Shown: positions 40,384-53,847 of the stretch, piece by piece
Layout: every line of letters begins with the position of its first letter
Position numbering within the stretch: the stretch's first letter is position 1
Source of the DNA: Octopus vulgaris
Lineage: Eukaryota
Direction: 5' to 3'
Length of the DNA stretch: 64,000 nt
Assembly (NCBI GenBank): GCA_951406725.2
Contig: OX597831.1
Location: forward strand, 29,698,001 to 29,762,000
Position numbers and translations under genes: made by a program
The notes under the pieces: generated by a model
What the model was told of the DNA's origin: nothing
The model's input: the letters and a program-made list of their open reading frames with translations, nothing else
Databases searched by the model: none

Positions 40384-41222
40384 AAGCCATAGGGATTATT
40401 GATGCAAGTGGCACACCGTCGGTTGCGACGACGAGGGTTCCAGTTGATCCTATCAACGGAACAGCCTGTTCGTGAAATTAACGTGTAATTGGCTGAGCAT
40501 TCTACAGACACGTGTACCCTTAATGTAGTTTTCGGGGAGATTCAGTGTGACACAGAGCGTAACAAGGCTGGCCCTTTGAAATACAAGTACAACAGAAACA
40601 AGAAAGAGTGAGAGAAAGTTGTGGTGAAAGAGTAGAGTAGGGATCACCACCACCCCCTGCTGGTGCCACGTGGAGCTTTATTTGTTTTCGCTGAATAAAC
40701 ACTCACAACGCTCGGTCCGGGAATCGAAACCGCGAGTCCGCTGCTCTAACCACTGGGTCATTGCACCTCCACCGATGCAAGTAACCTGGATTTAAGCCAT
40801 AGGGATTATTGGTGCAAGTGGCACTCCGTCGGTTGCGACGACTTGGGTTCCAGTTGATCCTATCAACGGAACAGCCTGCTCGTGAAATTAATGTATAATT
40901 AGCTGAACATTCTACACACACGTGTACCCTTAACGTAGTTCTCGGGGAGATTCAGTGTGACACAGAGTGTGACAAGGCTGGCTCTTTGAAATACAGGCAC
41001 AACAGAAACAAGAAGAAAGAATGAGAGAAAGTTGTGGTGAAAGAGTAGAGCAGGGTTCGCCACCACCTCCTGCTGGGGCCTCGTGGAGCTTTATGTGTTT
41101 TCGCTCAATAAACTCTCGCAACGCCCGGTCTGGGAATGGAAACCGCGATCTCACGATCGCGTGTCCGCTGCCCTAACCACTGGGTCATTGCACCTCCACC
41201 TATACAAGTAACCTGGATTTAA
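40384..41222 (-). mobile_element. Tandem duplication of a B-head/E-tail SINE with its flanks
   Basis: Two ~410-430-bp units each beginning AAGCCATAGGGATTATTG and ending CAAGTAACCTGGATTTAA; GATGCAAGT flanks the first SINE copy on both sides. Confidence 0.9.
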
Positions 41223-41447
41223 CCGCCAAACGAGTCTAAATCATGGCTACTAATGACTAAGAAAAAATTATGATCTTTATAATGAGTAAACTAATAAATG
41301 TACGTTTTTTACTGCTGAAATAATTTTTACTGCTGAAATAATTTCAGTAGTAAAAAACGTACATTTATTTGTTTACTCATTATAAAGATCCTAATTTTCC
41401 CTTAGTCATAAGTAGCCATGATTTAGACTCGTTTGGCGGTTAAATCC
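41215..41447. repeat. Near-perfect palindrome, ~105-bp arms
   Basis: GGATTTAACCGCCAAACGAGTCTAAATCATGGCTAC.. mirrored by ..GTAGCCATGATTTAGACTCGTTTGGCGGTTAAATCC. Confidence 0.92.
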
Positions 41448-41802
41448 GAATTTCTCACCCTGTCACCATTTTAAGACTTATTATCTACTAGAGATTATCT
41501 CTCTTACAATAACAACCACAACGTGATCCGTTCCAAATCCACGTTTTCAACTCCAAATCTGGCAATGATTAATTTTATCAATTACAACATTATTCCCATG
41601 AGCATTTACTGCTTTCTATAAAACGTGAGAAAAAGCAAAAACCAAGAAAAATTATAATAATAAAACGGTACTGTCGTCATTTTATTTCATTCGGTAGATG
41701 AAACCATGAAGATCTTGAAGCTGTAATTAAAGGCCTATAAAATAATGTTGCTCCGAACTTAAAACGTAAAGTGTAATAAACTAATGACTGTGGAAAAATA
41801 TT

Positions 41803-42042
41803 TACTCTTTTACTTGTTTCAGTTATGTGACTGTGGCCATGCTGGAGCACCGCCTTTAGTCGAGCAATTCGACCCCAGGACTTATTCTTTGTTAGCCTAG
41901 TACTTATTCTATCGGTCTCTTTTTGCCGAACCGCTAAGTTACGGGGACGTAAACTCACCAGCATCGGTTGTCAAGCGATGTTGGGGGGGACAAACACAGA
42001 CACACAAACATATACACGCACATACATACATACATACATACA

Positions 42043-42128
<86 letters not shown>

Positions 42129-42262
42129 AAAGTAAGATAGGGGTTATGGGTGTAACCCACTATGCTTTTGATGTTCCCATTTGTAAAATGGATAAATAAT
42201 CCAACATCATAATATCCGTAAGTTGATGAACAAACTAAATTTGTTTCTCCATTTTCTTATTT

Positions 42263-42329
<67 letters not shown>

Positions 42330-42494
42330 TACGACGGGCTTCTTTCAGTTTCCGTCTACCAAATCCACTCACAAGGCTTTAGTCGGCCCGAGGCTATAGT
42401 AGAAGACACTTGCCCAAGGTGCCACGCAGTGGGACTGAACCTGGGACCATGTGGCTGGTAAGCAAGCTACTTACCACACAGCCACTCCTACGCC
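41803..42494 (-). mobile_element. SINE family A with a ~140-bp insert in its internal (TA)n
   Basis: Tail 41803-42010, head 42330-42494; insert 42124-42265 begins like the insert at 61161. Confidence 0.85.
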
Positions 42495-43320
42495 TACTCA
42501 TATATTCTTGTCTCCGAAACTTCATTTACGTAGCATTAGGAACAAAATACATTAAGAACAGTATTTAGAAAAACATGATACGTGCATGTACATGCCCACA
42601 TTTCATATAAGTGCATATATGTATGTGTATATCTGCGCTTGCTATTGTGTATGTGTATTCATGTGTGTGTGTGTGTGTGTGCTTGCTGTTATGTATATGT
42701 ATTCAAATATGTATGTGTGTGTGTGTATCATTATGCATTATTATGTGTGTATAAAGTTATGTATCTATGTATTTATGCATATAAATATGTATATGTATGT
42801 GTATATATATGTGTCTATGTACCTGCGTATATATCTATATTACGTATACATATGTATGTATTTATTTATGTGTGTGCGTTTATAATTTTATATAAATATA
42901 TATAAAGCACTCATGTTTCTCTCTGTATATGACGATCACATAAATGTGCTATATATGAGTGTGTGTATAATATATATACAAATATATGTCGTTATATGTA
43001 TTTCATATGTTTATTATATATGTATATATATATATATAGATCGTATATGCCTATGTTGTGTGTGTGTATGTGTGTACGTAAAGGAGCAGAGAGAGCGAGC
43101 ATAGCAGCTCTGAGAAGATTCACGAGTAGAACAAACATTGGATGAATCCATAACTGCTTTTCTTCACTTTAGAAGTCTTCTGTTCTATTAACAACGCTAT
43201 TTCCTCTCGCTGATGATATCGTTAAATAAACCGAAACCTTCTAAAGTATGCTGCACCAATTAACTGAATATTAAATATTTGTTTTCGGAATCTTTTCTCA
43301 TTTACTCTGAGCTGTATGAG

Positions 43321-43354
<34 letters not shown>

Positions 43355-43439
43355 CTTGAATTATTCTCATTTCTGTCAGTAAGTTGATCACTATGTACAT
43401 ACTGGATGGTTGGTGTATATGATAAGAAAAATGACTCAG

Positions 43440-44610
43440 TGTTTGTTTATTCCCATTTTAACATGGCTGTTCCGTGGGAACCGACTTTACTGCTATTTTA
43501 ACCCCAGGAGGACGCCTCTTCCAGTTGGTTATACGATGCAAACTGCACCGATATATATTGCAAGCAGGGGAGTGTACCCTTACCTATTTCTTTACTACCC
43601 ACAAGGGGCTAAACACAGAGGGGACAAACAAGGACAGACAAACGGATTAAGTCGATTACATCGACCCCAGTGCGTAACTGGTACTTATTTAATCGACCCC
43701 GAAAGGATGAAAGGCAAAGTCGACCTCGGCGGACTTTGAACCGAGAACGTAGCGGCAGACGAAATACCGCTAAGCATTTCGCCCGGCGTGCTAACGATTC
43801 TACCAGCTCGCCGTCTAACCACGTTCAAGTACGAGACCACCAGACCGCACGGTTTCGACCTCTATGTGGTCATCTTCGGTGATGGATACACGGCCGCTAG
43901 AGATAACGGTAGTTCACTCCAGCTCGCATTATATAGAAAATAAGTGACATCCAGTCACTAATCTTGCAACGAGCAAATTTGGTATTCAAAAATCTCTGCA
44001 AGAAATGAAAATAATGTTTATCGCCACTTAAACATGGCTGTTCCGTAGGAAACGACATTGCTACCATTTTAACCACATGGTTTCGGGTTCAGTCCCACCT
44101 TGGGCAAGTGTCTTCTACTGTAGCCTCGGGCCGACCAAAGCCTTGTGAGTGAATTTGGTAGACGGAAACTGAAAGAAGCCCGTCGTATATATGTATATAT
44201 GTGTGTATATGTTTGTATCTGTGTTTGTCCCCCTACATCGCTTGGCAATCGATGCTAGTGTGTTTACGTCCTCGTAACTAAGCGATTCGGCAAAAGAGAC
44301 CGATAGAATAAGTACTAGGCTTCCAAAGAATAAGTCCTGAGGTCGATTTGCTCGACTAAAGACTGTGCTCCAGCATAGCCGCAGTCAAATGACTGAAACA
44401 AGTAAAAGAGAAAGAGAAAGAGAAAAGAGAAGGACGCCTCCTCTTACTGGTTATTCAGCGCAATCTGCACCCAATGTATATTACAAGCAGGGGAGTGAAT
44501 CCCCTACCACCTTCAAGCTACGAGACCACTAGACCGTACGGTTTCGACCTCTATATAGTCATCATCGATGGTGGATACTCGTCTGCTAGAGATAGCAGGA
44601 GTTCACGTTC
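43440..44610 (-). repeat. Tandem pair of ~340-bp units, each with a hammerhead-like motif and each interrupted by a SINE
   Basis: ACATGGCTGTTCCGT at 43461 and 44032; CGAGACCAC..GGTTTCGACCTCTAT..GTCATC at ~43832 and ~44521; SINE D at 43581-43813 (minus), SINE A at 44072-44412 (plus). Confidence 0.8.
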
Positions 44611-45415
44611 TTAGCGATATTCTGACTACATACTTGACGTTCGTTAAACACAGTGTTGCAACAATTAAACTTCCTTAGCACTCTTTTTACCATATTCTTA
44701 AAATATTTGACAATTTTTTTTTTATATATGTATCTATCGAATAGAATGGAATGGGCCAGCTAACAACATCGTGCTGAAGTTGATGAATGGCTTGTCTTGT
44801 AATATTTTTTTCATCTCGCCGCTGAGAATGTTCTGTCAATTGGAATAAAACTTGTGTCCAAGAAGTGTGGTATCTTGTGTGTATGTGTGCGTGTGTGTGC
44901 GCGTGTTGAAGGAAATTTGGGTGCTATTTCTAACAGGGCAAATAATCGCATGAGAAGATGCTTTGTGATTGGCTCGTTTATGTGTTTATGTGTCTACAAA
45001 CGGTCTGATATATGGCACACACACACATTCACGAGTGCACACCTTTAGATAAGGACACGCGCACACATACACAAGACACATACAGACGCACATACACATA
45101 CACACACAAACACACACACACATACACACGCACATACACATATACACACATGCACGCACATACACACATACTCGCATACACACAGACACATACTGACGGA
45201 CATACACACACACAAACACACACGCACACATACACATGCACATACACACACGTACACATATAAGCATACATGCACACACATACAGACTCACATACACACA
45301 CTCGAGCACACGCACATACACACACATGCACGCACATACACACATACAGACTCACATATACACAGACACATACAGACGCACATACACATGCACACACACA
45401 TACACACACACACAT

Positions 45416-45500
<85 letters not shown>

Positions 45501-46949
45501 AGCCTTAAAAAACAATTGATTTCCAGAAACAGTTGCCCGCTGCTATGTTGTTGATGGGGGGGGGGGGCTCCGTCATTTTTTTTTCGCTCTCTCTCCCGTT
45601 TGTAACACTCCCCGCCTCGCTTCGCCGTCGCCGCCCGAGGGTCCACATTTAATGAACAGCACCACCATCATCACCACAAACAAAAACAACAACAACAACA
45701 ACAACCACTCTGTCACTCAACATTCAATGTTACATCTCCCTCCATCACACACACACACACAAACATACATATATACATACTCGCAAGCACACATGCACAT
45801 GTACACACTCAAATACACATACACACACACACGTACACGTGCGTGTGCGCGCGCATGCATGCACTTAAACGCAAACGAACAAACATACACACACACACAC
45901 ACACACATAGACTCAAACACGTATACGCACGCACAGAAACACAAACACACGAATACCAAAAAGGCGCGCACACACTCACACACACATACACACACACAAA
46001 CACACACGCACACATACACACGCACATACACACACATACACATATACGCATACATGCACACACATACAGACGCACATACACACACTCGAGGACACGCACA
46101 TACACACACATGCACGCATACACACATACAGACTCACATATACAGACAGATACAGACGCACATACACATGCACACACACACATGCACACACATACACACA
46201 CATACACACATACACACACGCGCGCACATATGAAACAGGGCTAGTAAGGTTAGGTTAGGGGTTCACGTGTATTTTGATGGTAGTGGTAGGAGGTGAGGGG
46301 TGATGTTGTTGTTGTGGTAGAGGAGGAGGGATGGAGGATGTGGTGATGCTGGTAGTGGTGGTAGTGGTGGTGGTGGTAGTGGTGGAGGTGGTGGAGGTGG
46401 TGATTACTGGTGGCTGGTGATAGTGGTGGATGCTGGTGGCGGTGGTGTAGTTTGTTAGTGCCAGTGGTGGTTCTGCTGGTACTGCTGGTGATAGTGATCA
46501 TAGCAGTAGTGGTGGTGGTGGTAGTGGTAGTGGTAGTGGTAGTGGTGGTGGTGGTAGTGGTGCTGATCGTGGTGATCGTGGTGGTGATTGACGATGGTGG
46601 TGATGGTGGTTGTGGTGGTGGTGATGGTGGTGGTGGTAGTGGTGGTGATGGTTGGTAGTGGAAATGGTGGCTGGTGTTGGTGGTGGTGGTGATCGTGGTG
46701 GTGATTGATAATGGTGGTAGTGGTGATGGTGATGGTGGTAGTGGTGGTGACAGTGGTGGTGACAGTGGTGGTGGTGGTGGCGGAGTCGGGGGTCGCGGTG
46801 CACGGGAATGTACAGCGATGGCGCTGGCCATTGGGGTTTAACCTCCAACCCCCACCCCCACCGCGCTTCAGTGCCAGTCTTGATGAGCAAGCTGACTTCT
46901 AAGGTTATGAAGCGTTCCAGACACGACTTCTTCTTCAATGTATTTCTAA

Positions 46950-47045
46950 ATTTAAGTGCTAGAGGTGTGATACGTGCGATGGGGTGGGTGAGTGATTTGG
47001 TTGCTATTTCCAGCAGGTCAAAACACCGAATAGAAAGATGGAAGG
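46950..47045. repeat. Unclassified dispersed repeat family G fragment
   Basis: GATTTGGTTGCTATTTCCAGCAGG-like motif also at ~4250-4330 and 44910-44960, and reversed at 7158-7210 and 27575-27600. Confidence 0.55.
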
Positions 47046-47059
47046 TAGCCATGGAGTGT

Positions 47060-47091
<32 letters not shown>

Positions 47092-47098
47092 TGCAGTG

Positions 47099-47148
<50 letters not shown>

Positions 47149-47575
47149 CGTAGGTGCAGTGGTAGTAGTAGTAGTAGTAGTAGTAGTTACAGTGGTAGTG
47201 GTGGTGGTGGTGGTCGTCGTCGTAGTGGTCGTAGTGTTGGTGTTGTTGGTGGTGGCGGTGGTGATATAGTGTGGTAGTTTGAGTGGTGGTAATGGTGGTG
47301 GTAATGATGATGATGATGTTGATGATGATGATGATTGTGGTGGTGTTGCTAATAAATTTTGTAGTGGTGATGCGCTAGTGATGTGGTTGAGGTAGTTGAT
47401 GTAGTATGTGTTGTAGTAGTAGTAGTGGTGTTGGTGGTGGTTTCAGGTGATGAGTGCTGGCTCTGCGGTGTCTGTTTGCCGGAGTGAAGTAGAGGAGGGG
47501 AAACACGTTAAATGCTATTACAGAACTGCCTGGCGTGGCAGCGCACACACGAACTTTACATACACTACACGCACA

Positions 47576-47622
<47 letters not shown>

Positions 47623-47739
47623 TATATATGCGTATATATATATATATATATATGTGTGTGTATATATATATATATGAGTGTGTGTGTGTATATACACATT
47701 CACACTAACACATATCTATGCATATATATATGCATACAT

Positions 47740-47772
<33 letters not shown>

Positions 47773-47790
47773 CCTCTATATATGTAAGTA

Positions 47791-47839
<49 letters not shown>

Positions 47840-47948
47840 GTATATATATATGTGTGTGTGTATATATATATATATATGTATATATGTGTATATATATATA
47901 TACCTATATATATGTATATATACATATATATATATCTATATATATATG

Positions 47949-47981
<33 letters not shown>

Positions 47982-48446
47982 ATATGCATATATACGTGTG
48001 TGTGTGTGCGTGTGTGTGCAGGGGAGGAATGGAAAGTAATTAACTCTCTCCTTCCTATGAAAATACGAATTGGCTTGTCTTTTAAAATAGAAAAAGCAAG
48101 TTATTGTGTAAATGGGTGTGTAGAGTGTGTGTGTGTGTGTGTGCGCGCGCGCATGGAAATGTGCGTGCATGTATGTTCGTCTTTCCCCCACCGGCCCGCT
48201 CAACTCAACCCCTACTTTGTTTCTTTGTAAATATTTTTATCGACAAAATAGGAACTACGCTGCCCCCCACAAACACACACATACATATAGACATTCAGAC
48301 ACCCATGTACAAATGCACCATAGGCATTGCACACGCAGACACACATTAGTAATGACAGCAGCAGCAGCAGTAGTAGTGGCAGTAGTAGTAGCTAAATAGT
48401 CCACAGCAATACTTCAAAACCAAAGAGAACTCAATACGTTAAAGAA

Positions 48447-48516
<70 letters not shown>

Positions 48517-48665
48517 ATAATATATATTGATATAATATATATATGTATATATCTACATATATTGATATATATATATATATATATATATGTGTATGTATTG
48601 ATATAATATACATATATATGTATTGATATATGATATATATATATATATATGTAAACAATATATAT

Positions 48666-48700
<35 letters not shown>

Positions 48701-48705
<5 letters not shown>

Positions 48706-48910
48706 TTAATCCAAACGGGAAAACAGAAAAAACAACAACACGTGGAACAATTACAGTATTATTATTAATAGGCGCTCAGGAAAAGATGGAAGCAGGAAGG
48801 TATGACGTTTCGAGCGGAGCTCTTCGTCGGAAACATAAAGAAGGAAGAGAGAGGAAAGAAAGATCCCAAAGTGGGCAACAAGAGGGAGAAAAAAAAAACG
48901 ACTGGTGTTT
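48701..48910 (-). mobile_element. Penelope-like terminal fragment with hammerhead-like motif at 48801-48833
   Basis: Minus: TTT-CCGACGA-A-GAGC-TCC-GCTC-GAAAC-GTC-ATA; adjacent to (TA)n. Confidence 0.65.
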
Positions 48911-49126
48911 ACGAAGTACACATGGTGAAAGGCGGAAGTTTACGATAACAAGAGCAAAGTAGGTTTTTAAAGCCAAAAGAGTGGAGACAGGGTTGGTAAC
49001 GCAACAGATGTGTGTGTGTATGTGTGAGTGTGTGCGTGTGCGTGTGTGTATGTGTGTGTGAGGCGAGATAAAAAAACAAAAAAAATATATATATATATTG
49101 ACATATATTGATATATATAATATATG

Positions 49127-49808
49127 CGCGCGTAGCTGTGTGGTAAGAAGCTTGCTCTCAAATCACATGCTTCCGAGTTCAGTCCCACTGCGTGGCTCCT
49201 TGGGCAAGTGTCTTCAAGTATCTAGGACCGAATAAAGCTTAGTGAGAGGATTTGGTAGACGGAAACTGAAAGAAGCCCGTCGTACATACATGCATACATA
49301 CATACATATATATGTGTGTGTGTATTCGTGTATCTATGCTTGGCTCCTCCACCATCGCTGGACAACTGATGTTGGTGTGTTTACGTCCCCGTAACATAGC
49401 GGTTCGGCAAAAGAGACTGATAAGATAAGTCCTGGGGTCGAGTTGTGCGGCTAAAGGTGGTGCTCCAGCATTGCCGCAATCAAATGACTGAGACAAGTAA
49501 AAGAGTAAAAGAATATATAGCGGATAATACGTTTATGCAGGGTTCCAGTTGATCCGATCAATGGAACAGCCAGCTCGTGAAATTAACGTGCAAGTGGCTG
49601 AGTACTCCACAGACACGTGTACCCTTGACGTAGTTTTCAGGGAGTTTCAGCGTGACACAGAGTTTGACAAGGCTGGCCCTTTCAAGTACAACTCATTTTT
49701 CCCAGCGGAGTGGACTGGAGCAACATGAAATAAAATATCTTGAGCAAGGACACAACACGTCGCCGGGAATTGAACTCACGATCGTCAGCCGAGTACCCTA
49801 ACCACTGA
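49127..49808. mobile_element. SINE A (49127-49512, plus) followed by C-head/E-tail SINE (49538-49808, minus)
   Basis: Match to family copies elsewhere in the window. Confidence 0.85.
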
Positions 49809-49873
49809 CCTTTATGCAAAATACATAGAAAACTGGACGATTAATGATGGAAGCAACACTCAAGAGTGTAACC

Positions 49874-50019
49874 CAGTCATGGGCAAATTGCGGTCCGTGG
49901 AACTTCTTGAATGGCTTGCCCTAACGAAAAATTACCTTGAAGTTTTTAGTAGTGTAAGCCGTCTTAGGATGAGTCGTATTTCAGCTGGCCTTCTTCTCGC
50001 AAAAGCTTACACGTGCTTG
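49874..50019. mobile_element. Possible decayed hAT MITE
   Basis: Starts CAGTCATGGGCAAATTGCGGTCC and ends AAAAGCTTACACGTGCTTG, a weak TIR pair. Confidence 0.35.
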
Positions 50020-50032
50020 ATATAACCCATGA

Positions 50033-50256
50033 GTGATAACGGTTGCCGCAACTTCTGGCTGACAACAGCTGCTAGTCAACCCCCTGGATGTTATCGGCTG
50101 CTAAACAAACTCTGATGGCAGCAGCTACCAGGTAATAACTGATAACCGATTCTAGGCAACCTTTGGTGATAATATCAGCTACACAATCTCTAAGTGATAA
50201 CGGTTGTTACACAATCTCTAGTGATGAACTCTTGCTAGAGAACCTCTGGGGTGATA
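50033..50256 (+). repeat. Highly diverged ~27-bp minisatellite
   Basis: Recurrent GTGATAACGGTTG..CAAYCTCT units. Confidence 0.6.
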
Positions 50257-50740
50257 AATAAGGACGCCAGGTTATTTCTCATGAAAGTGGCCCTTTCTGC
50301 TATAACTGTAGTTAGTGTTGAGAGCTTCCAAAATATTTCAAATTTCTTGTATTTACGTGCAGTTTGATACAGAGTACAGCTGACTAGTTTGTGGGTTGTC
50401 TCTGGAATCACCAAAATTTGTAGTTCTTGGATTAATGAAGTAAGTGTCAGTCGCCTTGAAGAGGCAATATCAACGACTTTCTCTTGCCCTCTCCTGCCAA
50501 TTATTGTCTTTCTGCCTGTTTTTCAAAATATTGTTATTGTTGTCTGCTGCTGTTGTTCCAAGCGGCTATTTGGCAGGTTTTTTTTACGTTCTGAGTTTAA
50601 ATGCCACCGAGGTCGCCATTACTTCTTTCATCCTTTCGGGTTCAATGAAATAGGTAGGTACCAGTTGTGCTCTAGGGGTATGGATCGATGAAATCGACTT
50701 CACTCAAAATTGTTGACCTCGGCCTTTATTATTATTATTA

Positions 50741-50838
<98 letters not shown>

Positions 50839-50956
50839 ATTGGTGTTGGTATTAGTGGTGATGATGGTTATAGTGATGGTGGTAGTGGTAGGAGTAGTAG
50901 TTGTGGTGGTGGTAGTAGCTGTGTTGGTGGTTGTATTAGTAGTAAGTAAGTAGTAG

Positions 50957-51239
50957 TCGACCTCGGCAGAATTTGAACTCGGAACGTTCAGGCAGGCGAA
51001 ATACCTATTCCTTTACTGCCCACAAGGGGCTAAACACAGAGGGGGCAAACAAGGACAGACAAACGGATCAAGTCGATTACATCGACTCCAGTGCGTAACT
51101 GGTACTTAATTTATCGACCCCGAAAGGATGACAGGCAAAGTCGACCTCGGCGGAATTTGAACTCAGAACGTAACGGCAGACGAAATACCGCTAAGCATTT
51201 CGCCCGGCATGCTAACGATTCTGCCAGCTCGCCGCCTTA
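50957..51239 (-). mobile_element. SINE family D (Meta-domain-like), head plus 1.3 units
   Basis: Minus: GGCGGCGAGCTGGCAGAATCGTTAGC..GAGTTCAAATTCC..CATCCTTTCGGGGTCGATAAATTAAGTACCAG, then the B-box segment repeats; decayed copies at 22470, 50560, 52150, 55730. Confidence 0.88.
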
Positions 51240-51242
51240 AAC

Positions 51243-51605
51243 TTTGCAAGTGGGAAATAAATATAAGCCTCTTCAGGCCATATTCACAAGTGATGGGAGG
51301 CAAGAGGCTGAATTTGATGCTAGAATTCCAGGTGTTGTAACAGTAACGCGACAACTCCCAGCATTCGATTCTCATAAGAGAGGTTGGTAAAAAAGCCAAA
51401 ATCGCTATCTTCAATTCGGTTTCCGTGTCTGTTCTCAACTATGGTTATAAATGTTGGGCCATGATGAAAGAATACGATCGCGAATTCAATCGGTCGAAAT
51501 GGGATTCCTCCAAACCATCTCTAGAGTAGAATTAATCGGCAACATGCGGACGCCGCTTGGTAATCAGGGAGTTTCTTCAGGTTGAGCCGTTACTTCACCG
51601 CAATC
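51243..51605 (+). pseudogene. RTE-clade LINE ORF fragment (post-RT region, Expander/Rex3-like)
   Basis: Frameshifted translation: IFTSDGRQEAEFDARI..REVGKKAKIAIFNSVSVSVLNYGYKCWAM..RIRSRIQSVEMGFLQTIS..VIREFLQVEPLL. Confidence 0.82.
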
Positions 51606-51706
51606 AGCACAATCAACAATACAGTTACTACCACAACCACCACAACTACTACTCCTACCACTACTACCATCACTATTACCACCATCACCACTAATACCAA
51701 CACCAA

Positions 51707-51754
<48 letters not shown>

Positions 51755-52714
51755 AACTACTACTACTACTACTACTACACAGTTACTACCACCACCACAA
51801 TTACTACTCCTACAACTACTACTCCTACCACTACCACCATCACCACTAATACCACTATTACTACTACTACTACTACTACTGCTACTACTACAATCAGCAC
51901 AACCACCAACACTGTTACTACCACCACCATAACTACTCCTACCACTACCACCATCACCTCTACTACCAACACCACCACCACCACTACTACTACTACTACA
52001 ATCAGCACAACCACCAACTAAGTTACGACCACCACAGCTACTACTCCTACCACTACTACCATCACTACTACTACCACCACCACCACCACTACTACCACCA
52101 ACAATACCACTACTACTACTACTACTACTACTACAACCACTATTATTCATGCAAGTCTTTAAGTTCTAAGCTCAAATCCCAGTGGGGACCGCTTTACTCT
52201 TCCGTTTTATCCCACCTGGGGGGTCAATCGAATAAAGTACCAGTCATATACGTTGGCTCGATCCAGTCCTTAACACAGTACTACCCACCTCCCACATCCA
52301 CCCCTACCCCCCACGCACACCCTCGAATGCCATGGCTATTGTAATCACGACAGAAGTGGTTGTTCGTTTTCCTTGAAGTGTCAACAACAGTCTTTCCCCC
52401 AAATCTTTTCACCAATCTTCACCCACACCCACACCCACAATCCACCCCCACAAACCCTCCACTTCACCACCATTACCCAACCCCTCCAAGACCCCCCACC
52501 CCCCCACAACACGTCCTAGCTCTTCACATCTCACGCTCCCTCTTATTTCTCGTCTTACATACACACACACATACACATACACGCACACATACACGCACAC
52601 ACAAACACACACTCACCATCGTCACCCTAAGTAGAGCCCCATCAGGTTGTATTCTATTTCCGGCCCTTTAATACCACCCCTCCATCCTCCCTTCCTTCCT
52701 TCTCCCCTACAAAG

Positions 52715-52747
<33 letters not shown>

Positions 52748-52880
52748 CAGATACACACAGACACATACATATACATATACACATACGTATACCATACACA
52801 CACACATGCACATGCTTGTCTTACCATTTCCTTAAGATCTTTGTATGTGTGAACTTGTGTGTGTTTGTGTGTGTATGTGA

Positions 52881-52916
<36 letters not shown>

Positions 52917-53033
52917 ATATGTATATCTGAGCGTTCTAAATCCCCCTCCCCCTCCCGTACACACACAGACATTGTTATCACAGCGATATTCCCCTCCTTC
53001 GTTCCACCGGACAAGAGACAGAAACAGTAACTT

Positions 53034-53074
<41 letters not shown>

Positions 53075-53087
53075 CACCACTACTACA

Positions 53088-53122
<35 letters not shown>

Positions 53123-53696
53123 AACACACCATCGTAAAGAATTGCAGCCAGCACCACTACAACCGTTACTACCTTCATCCTCACCATACTACTACCACTA
53201 GCACAACCACAATACCGCCACCATCACCACTAATACTACCACCACCAACAACAACACCACTATCACCACTACTACCACCATTACCACCACCATCACCACT
53301 ACTACCACCAGCACAACCACCACCACACCACCATCACCACTACTGCCACCAGCACAACCACCACCACACCACCATATCCACTACTACCACCAGTACAACC
53401 ACCACCACCACCATCACCACTACTACCACCATCACCACTATACCACCATCACCACTACTACCACTAGCACAACCACACACCACCACCACTACCACCACCA
53501 TACACCACCATCACTATACCACCATCACCACTACTACCACTAGCACAACCACCACTACCATCACCCTCACCACAACCGCCACATGTCAATCTCCACACGC
53601 TATGTTCTCTAAACGTCTTTTCTGAATCTTCTCCACAAGAAATTTTTATCACAATGGCTTCTTTTTCTCATTGTTTGTTATGTCCACGCTGCCTTA

Positions 53697-53767
<71 letters not shown>

Positions 53768-53847
53768 ACACACGCGCATGCATGCATGTATTTTATATGC
53801 ATATATAAATGCATATATATGTATATAAATATATATACATAAATATA

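Noticed and set aside
47447-47487. DECWLCGVCLPE, a ferredoxin-like CxxCxxC peptide after TTTCAG
   Set aside because: Only 12 codons before a stop and no polypyrimidine tract; likely coincidence
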